From assembly GCA_009885935.1 (NCBI GenBank), contig VFJT01000063.1, forward strand, positions 1-55,224: a stretch of 55,224 bases of DNA. The letters are read 5' to 3'. The first letter of the stretch is position 1, and every line of letters starts with the position of its first letter. The notes beneath the pieces were generated by a model that ran no database searches, was not told the origin of the DNA, and saw only the letters and a program-made list of their open reading frames with translations. Both the position numbers and the translations under genes were made by a program. Below are positions 27,120 to 37,205 of this stretch, piece after piece. The DNA is from Gammaproteobacteria bacterium (GTDB lineage: Bacteria; Pseudomonadota; Gammaproteobacteria; UBA1113).

Positions 27120-28757
27120 ATGTATCCAACTCACGAGGAATTGATAGAATTCATCCATCTTTTGGGCTATCCAAATTATAGTGGTGGTATTTGCTTTGGT
27201 CTTGCAGCAATGGCTGTATCGCCCGTATTAAATGGCTCTACTGAAAAGACAAATTTGCGTTTGACAACCATAAAATTCAGCTTAGATGCCTATAAAAACA
27301 TGCAAATAGCCTGTGAAGAAAATGGGGAATCTTGCCCTACATTATCTTGGTTTTTAAATTACACATTAGCACTAGATGAAAAGATAGATATATTAGCTTA
27401 TTGTGAAGGAATTGCTTTTCACTTTTTCCCTTCAGACTACGCGGACTGTTTTGACTCTGATATATTACCAGGACGACAAGATATATTATTGACCGATAGC
27501 ATTATTCAATCTATTGAAACAGAAGAAAAAGGCGGTATAGCACATGCGGGAACAATAACAGGTTATTATACTGAGTCTGACATTAAAACTTATATTCATT
27601 CTTTAGATTTAGCTTTAGAAGACGGTGAGAATTCAGCATCTTTTTCATTGATAATAGATAGCAGGAATCATGCCATTCACATTGGTTATAGTAGCGAAAC
27701 AAAGCAATGGTGTTATTTTGGCATTAATACAGAGTCGATAGGGTATTGTTTAAAAACCACCATTGATGAAATAAAAAAATTAATAGTGTCTGAATTTTTT
27801 AATGAAATAGGCGTCGATTTAGGTCTGGTTATTAGTGCAAAAATATATTGCTTGAATGAACACAAAGAAAGAATATTGCGGGTTAAAAGAAACTGGCAAA
27901 ATAAGGCTTTCGAAAATGATTTGTTCAAAATTACTGATAAAAACTCTGGCTTAGATGTATTGGGTAGAGCTTGGATACATGCTTTAATTATAGAGAATGA
28001 TAGAATGGGTATATTCTATCTGATTACACATGAAATAAATGTTGATATCGTTTCCAAAACTGGGTTTACAGCACTACATCTGGCCTGTCATAGCGGTTAT
28101 AAAGACGCAGTAGAAATATTGCTTAATGCTGGTGCTGATGCAAATAGGGAGTCTCCTGATGGAACACCTATCATAATTGCTCTGCGGTATAAACAGTACG
28201 AAATTGTAAAACTTCTAATAGAAAAAAATGCGTGTATTAGTGCAAAAGATAAAGATGGATTTACCGCGTTAGATTACGCTATTTTATCTAAAAAAGCAGA
28301 TATCGTTGAGCTCATATTAGTTAATCTGAATTTTGATGCGATCATTCTAAATGAAATTTTATTCCGCTTTTTCATAAGACAACAAGAAAGCCATGAAAAT
28401 TATCTGCTTTCTTCTTGCGTGAAGAAATTATTTACTGCCATTCTAGATGTGCAGCAGATAACAGATGAGAATAAATTATGTGTTTTACAAACATATATCA
28501 TTATTCGCGAAAATGAATTAAGAGAAAAAAAAGAAGAATATAACACTGCCTACTCGCGGTTCTTTCGCCCCACTGGTAGCAATGCTTCTGCAAAATTAAA
28601 TTCTGCTAGAGCGTTGCTGAATCAAGAGAAAAATATAGAGAAACGTTTGGCACTACAGTTTGGACGTTTGGGGAAAATTGCAGCCTTTTTCTTAAATCCT
28701 AGCAACAGCGCCCAAAATCATCTAGCAAACGCGGAACAAGCTGCTTTGACAACATAA
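27120..28757 (+). CDS. Ankyrin-repeat protein with an uncharacterised N-terminal ~290-aa domain (possible Cys/His hydrolase)
   Basis: At least three ANK repeats (GFTALHLACHSGYKDAVEILLNAGADAN, DGTPIIIALRYKQYEIVKLLIEKNA, DGFTALDYAILSKKADIVELIL). N-terminal GGIC(25)FGLAAMA and NH(184)AIH(187)IGY. Confidence 0.85.
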   Translation: MYPTHEELIEFIHLLGYPNYSGGICFGLAAMAVSPVLNGSTEKTNLRLTTIKFSLDAYKNMQIACEENGESCPTLSWFLNYTLALDEKIDILAYCEGIAFHFFPSDYADCFDSDILPGRQDILLTDSIIQSIETEEKGGIAHAGTITGYYTESDIKTYIHSLDLALEDGENSASFSLIIDSRNHAIHIGYSSETKQWCYFGINTESIGYCLKTTIDEIKKLIVSEFFNEIGVDLGLVISAKIYCLNEHKERILRVKRNWQNKAFENDLFKITDKNSGLDVLGRAWIHALIIENDRMGIFYLITHEINVDIVSKTGFTALHLACHSGYKDAVEILLNAGADANRESPDGTPIIIALRYKQYEIVKLLIEKNACISAKDKDGFTALDYAILSKKADIVELILVNLNFDAIILNEILFRFFIRQQESHENYLLSSCVKKLFTAILDVQQITDENKLCVLQTYIIIRENELREKKEEYNTAYSRFFRPTGSNASAKLNSARALLNQEKNIEKRLALQFGRLGKIAAFFLNPSNSAQNHLANAEQAALTT

Positions 28758-28780
28758 AGCGTGTATAGTAATATTCGACC

Positions 28781-29803
28781 ATGAAAAAAATTAATTTTGC
28801 CAGTGACAATTATGCAGGCGTTCATCCTGAAGTCATGCAGGCTATTTTAGCTGCCAATGAAGGGCCCGCTGTTGCTTATGGTGGCGATGCGATCACCGAA
28901 GCAGCTATACATCAATTTAAGCAACATCTAGGCGCTGATGCCGAAGTCTTCTTTGTCTTGAATGGCACAGGGGCCAATGTGAGCGCTATCTGTGCCATGG
29001 CACACAGCTACGAAGCCGTCATTTGTGCCGAGAAGGCCCATATTCAAGTCGATGAATGCGGCGCAGCGGAGAAAATAGCCGGTTGTAAGCTGCTGTTAGT
29101 TCCGGCCACACACGGCAAAATAACAGTAGAAGGCATACGGACACAGCTACAACGCATAGGGGATCAACATCATGTGCAAGCACGAGTAATATCGATCAGC
29201 CAATCCACTGAATATGGCACCGTTTATACATTGGATGAATTACGCGAGCTAGCCGCTTTTGCAAAAGCACATGGGCTGTATTTACACATGGATGGCGCAC
29301 GCCTTGCGAATGCGGCAGCCAGTTTGCAAACCGATTTAAAAACCATTGCAGAAGCCGCTGGTGTAGACGTGCTGTCATTTGGCGGCACTAAAAATGGCAT
29401 GATGATGGGGGAAGCCGTTGTTTTCTTGAATCCCCTATTGGCAAAATCATTTTTATATATACGTAAGCAAAACATGCAATTGGTATCGAAAATGCGTTTT
29501 ATCTCAGCACAATTTCAGGCTTTATTGTCTAATGATTTATGGCTGAATAATGCACGCCACGCCAATGCCATGGCGCAACACCTGGCGCAAGCATTAAGCG
29601 AAATTAAATTCATTCATATTACCCATCCCGTCGAGGCCAATGCCATTTTTGCAACGATGCCCACTGCCCTCATTGAAAAACTGCAGACACGCTATCATTT
29701 TCATGTGTGGGATGAAGGGTTATCGGAAGTGCGTTTGATGACATCGTTTGATACCTGCATAGAAGAAATCGATGCTTTTGTTCAAGATTGCGTTATAGGG
29801 TAG
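28781..29803 (+). CDS. ltaE: Low-specificity L-threonine aldolase
   Basis: INFASDNYAGVHPEVM, HMDGARLANA and the PLP lysine in FGGTKNG. Confidence 0.85.
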   Translation: MKKINFASDNYAGVHPEVMQAILAANEGPAVAYGGDAITEAAIHQFKQHLGADAEVFFVLNGTGANVSAICAMAHSYEAVICAEKAHIQVDECGAAEKIAGCKLLLVPATHGKITVEGIRTQLQRIGDQHHVQARVISISQSTEYGTVYTLDELRELAAFAKAHGLYLHMDGARLANAAASLQTDLKTIAEAAGVDVLSFGGTKNGMMMGEAVVFLNPLLAKSFLYIRKQNMQLVSKMRFISAQFQALLSNDLWLNNARHANAMAQHLAQALSEIKFIHITHPVEANAIFATMPTALIEKLQTRYHFHVWDEGLSEVRLMTSFDTCIEEIDAFVQDCVIG

Positions 29804-29806
29804 CCA

Positions 29807-32401
29807 TCATATCTTCGATTTCACCCATTCCCTCACTAGCCCCAACACCGCTTTTAACTGACTAGCATCATTGCCTGCAGCTTGGGCGATATCGGCACGG
29901 CCTCCACCCTTGCCACCTAGTTTTTCGGCAAGAAAACCCACTAACTGGCCTGCATGGACTTTATCATTTAAAGGTGCGCTAACCCCTACAACCAAATGCA
30001 CCTTATTTTCATGTACACTGGCCAAAACCACAATGCTAGGATCCAAAGTCGCTTTAATTTGATTGAGCATTTCACGCAGAGTTTTAGGATCTACAGTACC
30101 TACATCGCTGCAAAGGTAATGCACGGAACCTATCTTTTCGGTTTGAGATAATAAATCGCGGCTCTTTAACAAAGCCAACTGGCTTTCTGCATTCTGCAAA
30201 TTCTTTTCAATTTTTTTCCAACGCTCGACTTGTAGTTTCGCACGCGTGACGGCATCGTCTTTTTGAATTTTAATCACATCGCACAAAGCATTAAAATCTT
30301 GATCTAAACGGCTCACCCATTGCCATGCCGCCATACCGGTGATCGCTTCGATGCGACGAATACCCGCAGCAATACCCGTTTCAGCGATGATCTTAAACAA
30401 ACCGATATCGCCGCTGCGACTCACATGCGTACCGCCACACAGTTCTTTAGAAAAATCACCGATCTGTAACACGCGTACCACTACATCGTATTTTTCACCA
30501 AACAAGGCCATCGCGCCATCTTTTATGGCGGCTTCGGTATTCATTGTATGTGTTTCCACCACCGTATTACGCAAAATTTCCGTATTCACTTGTTCTTCAA
30601 TTTGTTGCAATATTTCCAGCGTTAAGGCTTTACTATACGAAAAATCAAAGCGCAGGCGATCGGGCGCCACCAAGGAGCCTTTTTGCACCACTTCTTTGCC
30701 TAATAATTCTTGTAACACGGCGTGTAATAAGTGCGTAGCGGTATGATTACGTGCCGTTGCGCGTCGTAGATCGCCATTCACCTTGGCATTCAGCATCATT
30801 CCTATTTTCCATTCACCCTGTTTTAAATGCCCTAAATGGACGATGCTACACCCCTGCTTTTGGGTGTCTGTAACGATAAATTGTTCGTTGTTATAGAGCA
30901 GCACACCTTGGTCGCCCACTTGGCCGCCGCTTTCTGCATAAAAAGGGGTATGCGATAAAATAACCGCACCTTTTTGACCCGCCTTTAAAGTATCCACTTT
31001 TTTGCCATCAAAGACTAAAGCAATAATTTTTGCATCATCCACTAACGAGTCATAGCCTATAAAATCCGTTTTATCCTCAAAAGCCAATTTTTCATGATAA
31101 TCAAAATCGAATTGGCTGGCTTTGGAAGATAATTCACGCTGTTGAGACATTTCTTTTTCGAAACCTTCCATATCCAAATGCAAACCGCGTTCACGTGCAA
31201 TATCGGCGGTTAAATCGGGTGGAAAACCATAGGTATCGTATAACTTAAAAATAATGCTGCCCGGAATGCATTCACCGCTTAATTTTGCAATTTCCTGTGT
31301 TAATAAACGCAAGCCTTGTTCTAAAGTACGGCTAAACTGCTCTTCTTCTTGTTTTAAAATGCGCGCGATTTGTTCTTGTTGCAACACTATTGTAGGATAA
31401 GCCTTGCCCAAAATATTGGCCAAGGTAGAAACTAAACTATAGAAGAAAGGTTCCGTTAGTCCCAGTGCATGGCCATGGCGCACTGCCCGGCGAATAATAC
31501 GTCGCAACACATAACCCCGGCCTTCATTACTAGGAATAACGCCATCGGCAACTAAAAAGGAACAAGAACGTATGTGATCGGCAATAACCCGTAAGGAGGT
31601 ATTTGTTAAATCCTCACACTGCGCTTTTTCGGCGATCGCTTTAATGAGGGGCACAAATAAATCGGTGTCGTAATTATTATGCACGCCTTGCATCACGGCC
31701 GAAATACGTTCTAAGCCCATGCCGGTATCCACCGAGGGCTTAGGCAAGGGATGTAATTCACCCGACGCTTCTCGATCGTATTGCATAAAAACCATATTCC
31801 AAATTTCTACATACCTATCCCCATCGGCATCTGCAGTGCCCGGAGGACCGCCAAAAATGGCTTCACCATGATCATAAAAAATTTCCGAACAAGGTCCGCA
31901 AGGTCCAGTATCGCCCATAGACCAGAAATTATCATCGACGCCACAACGCGAAAAACGCTTGGGATCGATTCTCAACTCATTTAACCAAATGGAAGCGGCC
32001 TCGGTATCTTCTTCAAATACAGTAATCCACAATTTTTCTGCGGGCAAATGCAATACATTCGTTAAAAAATTCCAAGCATAATAAATGGCTTCGCGTTTAA
32101 AATAATCGCCAAAGCTAAAATTACCCAGCATTTCAAAAAAGGTGTGATGCCTGGCAGTATAACCCACATTATCCAAATCGTTGTGTTTACCACCTGCGCG
32201 CACGCAGGTTTGCGAGGAACAAGCACGTGTGTAAGACCTTTTGTCTAGCCCCAAAAAAACATCTTTAAACTGTACCATTCCCGCATTGACGAATAATAGT
32301 GTGGGATCGTTATGCGGCACCAAGGAACTGCTGGCAACCAAAGTATGGTCGTGTTCTCGGAAATATTCTAAAAATTTTTGTCGTACTTCATTGCTGTTCA
32401 T
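29807..32401 (-). CDS. alaS: Alanine--tRNA ligase
   Basis: 864 aa. Canonical N-terminus FLEYFREHDHTLVASSSLVP...DPTLLFVNAGM and editing-domain HxxxH motifs. Confidence 0.97.
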   Translation of the reverse strand: MNSNEVRQKFLEYFREHDHTLVASSSLVPHNDPTLLFVNAGMVQFKDVFLGLDKRSYTRACSSQTCVRAGGKHNDLDNVGYTARHHTFFEMLGNFSFGDYFKREAIYYAWNFLTNVLHLPAEKLWITVFEEDTEAASIWLNELRIDPKRFSRCGVDDNFWSMGDTGPCGPCSEIFYDHGEAIFGGPPGTADADGDRYVEIWNMVFMQYDREASGELHPLPKPSVDTGMGLERISAVMQGVHNNYDTDLFVPLIKAIAEKAQCEDLTNTSLRVIADHIRSCSFLVADGVIPSNEGRGYVLRRIIRRAVRHGHALGLTEPFFYSLVSTLANILGKAYPTIVLQQEQIARILKQEEEQFSRTLEQGLRLLTQEIAKLSGECIPGSIIFKLYDTYGFPPDLTADIARERGLHLDMEGFEKEMSQQRELSSKASQFDFDYHEKLAFEDKTDFIGYDSLVDDAKIIALVFDGKKVDTLKAGQKGAVILSHTPFYAESGGQVGDQGVLLYNNEQFIVTDTQKQGCSIVHLGHLKQGEWKIGMMLNAKVNGDLRRATARNHTATHLLHAVLQELLGKEVVQKGSLVAPDRLRFDFSYSKALTLEILQQIEEQVNTEILRNTVVETHTMNTEAAIKDGAMALFGEKYDVVVRVLQIGDFSKELCGGTHVSRSGDIGLFKIIAETGIAAGIRRIEAITGMAAWQWVSRLDQDFNALCDVIKIQKDDAVTRAKLQVERWKKIEKNLQNAESQLALLKSRDLLSQTEKIGSVHYLCSDVGTVDPKTLREMLNQIKATLDPSIVVLASVHENKVHLVVGVSAPLNDKVHAGQLVGFLAEKLGGKGGGRADIAQAAGNDASQLKAVLGLVREWVKSKI

Positions 32402-32846
32402 GTTTTTCTCGTAAAAATCGATTAATTTGTTCTAAGGAAAAACCGCGATATTGTAAATAACGCGCTTGCTGCGTGTAATTTTTATTATCCTTTGGTTTTT
32501 CAGTGAATCGTTTGCTCCAGGTCGTTGCCAAGCCTACACGCCATTCGCTTTCGCTAAAAGCGTTGTGTACATCATCATGAGAAAGCGCTTTGCTTTGCAG
32601 CAGACGCTTAATACGCTCCGGCCCTAAACCCTGTCTGTATTTAGCTTGGACTAATATGTCGGCTAAACGTACATCATCTAGAAAGTGCTCGGCTATGAAT
32701 GCATTGATAACGCTATTGATTAGCTCAACATCATCGCTTCTTTTTAATAATTTCTTTTTTAATTCATCTACACTGTGATCACGGCGCGCGAGTGCACTAA
32801 ATGCCGCACGCCGTAATCGCTTATATTCCTCTTCGTCTATATGCAT
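32388..32846 (-). CDS. recX: Recombination regulator RecX
   Basis: Located downstream of recA, with a repeat-helical RecX-like sequence. Start revised to ATG 32846, because the ORF-track GTG 32867 lies inside a REP element. Confidence 0.85.
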   Translation of the reverse strand: MHIDEEEYKRLRRAAFSALARRDHSVDELKKKLLKRSDDVELINSVINAFIAEHFLDDVRLADILVQAKYRQGLGPERIKRLLQSKALSHDDVHNAFSESEWRVGLATTWSKRFTEKPKDNKNYTQQARYLQYRGFSLEQINRFLREKHEQQ

Positions 32847-32857
32847 AATGCCTCTTA

Positions 32858-32883
32858 GGGCGGGCACGGGGGCCCGCCCCTAC
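32858..32883 (-). repeat. REP element (G-variant stem) between recA and recX
   Basis: The minus strand reads GTAGGGGCGGGCCCCCGTGCCCGCCC. Confidence 0.85.
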
Positions 32884-32889
32884 GCCTTT

Positions 32890-33933
32890 TTAGATCTCAC
32901 CCTCCTCCAGTGCCTCTACATCGCTGCTGGTTAATAAAGCCTCAGGATGTGCCAATAGCTCCGAGCGCAATTTAGCGTCGATTTCTTTAGCAATAGCAGG
33001 ATTGTTTTTCAAGTATTGACATACATTATCTTTACCTTGACCCATGCGTTCACCATTGTAGCTATACCAAGCCCCCGCTTTTTCAATCACTTTATGTTTG
33101 GAACCTAAATCTACTAATTCGCCATGATAAGAAACGCCTTCGCCATACAGAATATCGAACTCGGCCACCTTGAATGGGGGTGCAACTTTATTTTTAACCA
33201 CTTTAACTTTGGTTTCGTTGCCATAAATTTCATCGCCACGTTTTAATGCGCCAACTCTACGTATGTCTAAGCGAATTGATGCATAAAATTTCAGGGCATT
33301 ACCACCGGTGGTTGTTTCTGGACTGCCAAACATAACGCCAATTTTCATACGGATTTGGTTGATGAAAATAACCAAGGTATTGGAACGTTTAATATTGGCC
33401 GTTAACTTACGTAAAGCTTGCGACATTAAGCGTGCATGTAAGCCCATGTGTAGATCACCCATCTCGCCTTCAATTTCGGCTCTAGGGGTTAAGGCTGCTA
33501 CGGAATCGATGACGATAATATCTACAGCATTGGAACGCACCAACATGTCTACGATTTCTAAAGCTTGTTCGCCTGTATCGGGTTGTGACACCAATAAATT
33601 CGGCACATCCACCCCTAATTTAAGGGCATAACCGGGATCCATCGCATGTTCAGCATCAATAAAGGCGGCTTGTCCACCTACTTTTTGACATTCAGCAATG
33701 GCTTGTAGGGTCATGGTCGTTTTACCAGAAGACTCAGGACCATAAATTTCCACTACACGCCCACGTGGGAACCCGCCGCCTAAAGCTATATCCAAACCCA
33801 AAGAGCCTGAAGAAATCGTTTCGATTTCATGGCCATCGGGATGTTCGCCTAATAACATCACTGCACCTTTGCCAAATTGGCGCTCGATTTGATCGCGCAC
33901 CGCATTTAACGCTTTTAACTTTTGATCGTCCAT
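32890..33933 (-). CDS. recA: Recombinase RecA
   Basis: GPESSGKTT Walker A and full-length RecA collinearity. Confidence 0.98.
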   Translation of the reverse strand: MDDQKLKALNAVRDQIERQFGKGAVMLLGEHPDGHEIETISSGSLGLDIALGGGFPRGRVVEIYGPESSGKTTMTLQAIAECQKVGGQAAFIDAEHAMDPGYALKLGVDVPNLLVSQPDTGEQALEIVDMLVRSNAVDIIVIDSVAALTPRAEIEGEMGDLHMGLHARLMSQALRKLTANIKRSNTLVIFINQIRMKIGVMFGSPETTTGGNALKFYASIRLDIRRVGALKRGDEIYGNETKVKVVKNKVAPPFKVAEFDILYGEGVSYHGELVDLGSKHKVIEKAGAWYSYNGERMGQGKDNVCQYLKNNPAIAKEIDAKLRSELLAHPEALLTSSDVEALEEGEI

Positions 33934-33996
33934 TTAAAACCCCTTTTTATAAATAAATAACTATACCCATTTTACACTCTGCGCTTGCCCTACCCA

Positions 33997-34022
33997 GGGC
34001 AGGCACGGGGGCCTGCCCCTAC
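33997..34022 (-). repeat. REP element between ppiD and recA (plus a half-copy at 33984-33993)
   Basis: The minus strand reads GTAGGGGCAGGCCCCCGTGCCTGCCC. Confidence 0.85.
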
Positions 34023-34054
34023 GCTCTTTTTCGCTTCTTCAAGTACTGCGGATC

Positions 34055-35665
34055 TTATTGTCCGTCTTCATCATTCGTTTTATCTTTAGGCACTTGTATT
34101 TTGATCTTCGCCTGATCGCGTACACTACGATTATAAAATGCATAATCGATCTGCCCTAAAGATTCTGCCCATTGCTGCGTTGTGTGTGTTCTGTCTTTAT
34201 CTGTTAAACGACTGTCCACGCCTGCATGCACCACCTTAACCTGTAGTAGCAGATAATCACCATTGCTCAGCGATTGCCCCGATAAAATAGCTTGATTTGC
34301 TTTATGGTTAAGCGGCACATTGAATAAAGCAACCAGTAGTTCTGGATTTAATCCCGTCGAAGTGCGCGCGACATTAAAAGCTTCTTGCCATACCAAGCCA
34401 TTCTTTTCTGCAATGGCTTTAGGATCTTGCCCTTGTTGCAAAGCTTTTAAAAGGCTCTCGCCTTTAACACCCGTTGCTTTTTTAGCGGCTTCCCCGGTTA
34501 AAATGGCTTTGATTTGATCTTGCACTGCGGCTAAGGGTTTTACCGCACTCGCTTCACGCGCTTTTAAACGCAATACCATTACGCTGCCATCATTTAAGGT
34601 CAGTAAAGAACTGTTATACCCTTGTTGCAACACATCGTTGCTAAAAGTGGCTTGTATGACCGCCGGTGGGAAAGGTGCGTTGGGGCTAGTACCCTGCTTG
34701 GTTAACCACGTGCTGACTCTCGTTTCGATATGCAATTTCTGCGATACAGGTTGTAAACTCGTAGGATCTTCATAAGAGAGGCTATCGAGTTGATCGCTCA
34801 GGTTTGCCATCAATTTATCGGCATTCTGGTTTTGTAAGCGTTCTTTAATGCTGCTTTTGACTTGAGAGAAGGGTTTAGTCTGCAGATCGGCATGCTCTTG
34901 ATAAAAAGTTTTAATATCTGCATCGCTAACCGTGATCTGTTGCCGTAAATCTTCAGGCCTAATTTGTAGATATTCTATTTTAACTTTTTCAGGATCCATA
35001 AAATCTTGTTGATGCGCTGCGTAGTAGCTTTTAATATCTTCTGGTTTAATCACCACAGTGGGGATAAAAGATTTTTGTGGTATCAACACATAGCCTATGT
35101 CGCGGCTTTGATACAAAGTGCCTACGACTTGCTGCAATTCATTCGGCAATACAAAGTCACTTTTGGATAGGCCATAACGCACTTGATCGATTAATAGTTC
35201 ATTTTGTAGGTTTTTTTGAAATTCTTCAGGGCTATAACCCATATATTCGAGTCTTTGTTGGTATAATGCCGATGAAAATTGGCCCTTTTCCTGGAACATA
35301 TCCAAATTAGCCAGCGTTTGTTGCAGAATTTGTGCCGAAACGATGAATTTGGCACTTTTAGCCGCTTCGCTTAGCAATGTAGTTTGCACCCATTGATCTA
35401 TGGCCATTTTCTGTATTTTTTGTTGTACAGCATCACTCATTTGGGTATCCGGGCGTGCTGATGACAATACGCGTTGATCACGGCGTAAGATGCGGTCAAA
35501 ATTATCCTGAGTTAATTTTGTGCTATTTACTTGGATGACGGTGGTAGTACTCTTGCTGTCTTCAAGATAATAGTGGATTCCCCAAATAGCAAAAGTGAGT
35601 GCCACAACGCCAACGATGAACGTTGCCACTATACCTTGGGTTTTATCGCGAATGGTTTGTAACAT
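34055..35665 (-). CDS. ppiD: Periplasmic chaperone PpiD
   Basis: MLQTIRDKTQGIVATFIVGVVALTFAIWG is the N-terminal anchor. SurA-like and parvulin-like regions follow. 536 aa. Confidence 0.85.
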   Translation of the reverse strand: MLQTIRDKTQGIVATFIVGVVALTFAIWGIHYYLEDSKSTTTVIQVNSTKLTQDNFDRILRRDQRVLSSARPDTQMSDAVQQKIQKMAIDQWVQTTLLSEAAKSAKFIVSAQILQQTLANLDMFQEKGQFSSALYQQRLEYMGYSPEEFQKNLQNELLIDQVRYGLSKSDFVLPNELQQVVGTLYQSRDIGYVLIPQKSFIPTVVIKPEDIKSYYAAHQQDFMDPEKVKIEYLQIRPEDLRQQITVSDADIKTFYQEHADLQTKPFSQVKSSIKERLQNQNADKLMANLSDQLDSLSYEDPTSLQPVSQKLHIETRVSTWLTKQGTSPNAPFPPAVIQATFSNDVLQQGYNSSLLTLNDGSVMVLRLKAREASAVKPLAAVQDQIKAILTGEAAKKATGVKGESLLKALQQGQDPKAIAEKNGLVWQEAFNVARTSTGLNPELLVALFNVPLNHKANQAILSGQSLSNGDYLLLQVKVVHAGVDSRLTDKDRTHTTQQWAESLGQIDYAFYNRSVRDQAKIKIQVPKDKTNDEDGQ

Positions 35666-35819
35666 ATCCTTCTTTACTCGCTAGTTTTGTCAAATGCATA
35701 AAGCGTATCATTATATCTGCTTGCAACCTAAAAATAAAGGGTTGCTAAAAATCACCAACAATGCTATTTTTGTGTACTTCACACTTATGCTGATTGTTTT
35801 TTATACTACGGAGCTTGTT

Positions 35820-37187
35820 ATGAAATTGTCTCAATTATTATGCTTAAGCTGTCTAGCACTAACTTTAGCGCCGTTGGGCTTACAAGCAGCCAATTTACCC
35901 CCTAATGTTAATAATCAAGCCCTGCCCTCATTATCAAAAATTGTACAGCCTGTCATGGCAACGGTGGTTAATATTGAGGCAAAAAATAGTACTACTTCCG
36001 CCGCTAAAACAGCTTTGAGTGAAGAAGAAGGCAATAATGCTGCGCCCAATCCTAAACGCGAGGAAAAAAGCTATAATATAGGCTCAGGTGTCATTATGGA
36101 CACCGCTAAAGGGTATGTTATCACCAACTCCCACTTAGTCAATAAAAATAATACTTTTACGGTTACTTTGAGCGATGGTCGTCGTTTCAAAGCGCATTTG
36201 GTGGGCAAAGACGTCCAGTCCGATATCGCCGTGTTGCAAATTAAAGCCACTAATTTGGTTTCCTTGCCTTTTGCCAATTCAGATAAACTAGCTGTCGGTG
36301 ATTTTGTAATTGCTATTGGCAATCCTTATGGTTTGGACCAAACGGTAACCTCCGGTATAGTCAGTGCTTTGCGCCGTAGCGACTTGGGGATAGAAGGTTA
36401 TGAAGACTTTATTCAAACCGATGCTTCCATTAATCCGGGTAATTCTGGTGGCGCTTTAGTTAACCTTAAAGGTGAATTAGTCGGTATTAATACGGCTATT
36501 TTGGCACCTAGTGGCGGTAACGTCGGTATAGGTTTTGCTATCCCCTCCAATATGGCTAAAAGTGTGGCCGATCAAATTATTAAATACGGTAAAGTGGATC
36601 GCGGTATTGTAGGTGTTATGATGCAAACGCTAACGCCAGAATTGGCCACTGCTTTCCATGATGACGATTCTAAAGGGGCCATCATCACCATGGTGAGTCC
36701 TTTATCGCCTGCAGATACCGCTGGGTTAAAATTGGGGGATGTCATCACCGCAGTCAATGGCCAGAAAGTAGAATCGGCGTCACAAGTTAAAAACAGTATA
36801 GGTTTAATGCGTTCCGGCAGCAGTATAGATTTAAGGATCCTCAGAAATGGTAAGCCTATGAATATTAAGTTAGTTTCAGCTAATCCCAATGCGTATGAAA
36901 ATAAAGTGGCCAATCAAGACCCTTTCTTCTTTGGCACTATGCTACAAAACTACGATACTATTGTACCGAGTTATGGGCATGTTAAAGGGGTGCAAATCCT
37001 CGATCTAAGCGAAAGCACACCCGCTTGGCAGGCAGGCTTGCGCCCGGGAGATATTATCTTGTCTATAGAGAACAAAAGCGTTGAGACTACGGATCAGCTG
37101 GCAAAAGACAGCCAAACCAGTAACAAAACCTTGTTGGTGAGCATATTACGAGATGGTGGCGCTGGATTTTTCTTGTTAAAAAGGTAA
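35820..37187 (+). CDS. degP: Periplasmic serine endoprotease DegP/HtrA (two PDZ domains)
   Basis: Start revised to ATG 35820 (GGAG SD, signal peptide MKLSQLLCLSCLALTLAPLGLQA). Catalytic motifs TNSHL, DIAVLQ and GNSGGAL. Confidence 0.93.
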   Translation: MKLSQLLCLSCLALTLAPLGLQAANLPPNVNNQALPSLSKIVQPVMATVVNIEAKNSTTSAAKTALSEEEGNNAAPNPKREEKSYNIGSGVIMDTAKGYVITNSHLVNKNNTFTVTLSDGRRFKAHLVGKDVQSDIAVLQIKATNLVSLPFANSDKLAVGDFVIAIGNPYGLDQTVTSGIVSALRRSDLGIEGYEDFIQTDASINPGNSGGALVNLKGELVGINTAILAPSGGNVGIGFAIPSNMAKSVADQIIKYGKVDRGIVGVMMQTLTPELATAFHDDDSKGAIITMVSPLSPADTAGLKLGDVITAVNGQKVESASQVKNSIGLMRSGSSIDLRILRNGKPMNIKLVSANPNAYENKVANQDPFFFGTMLQNYDTIVPSYGHVKGVQILDLSESTPAWQAGLRPGDIILSIENKSVETTDQLAKDSQTSNKTLLVSILRDGGAGFFLLKR

Positions 37188-37205
37188 TAGATAGAGATAT
37201 TGTGC

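Noticed and set aside
33934-33996. LexA/SOS box upstream of recA
   Set aside because: No CTGT-N8-ACAG or similar palindrome is present, and the region is mostly occupied by a REP. This is consistent with Legionellales lacking a LexA regulon, but it is not positive evidence of anything.
35723-35745. Small hairpin GCAACC-N11-GGTTGC in the ppiD/degP divergent region, as a possible sigmaE or REP-related site
   Set aside because: The stem is short (6-7 bp) and AT-flanked. There is no GTAG head and no match to the GGAACTT/TCAAA sigmaE consensus.
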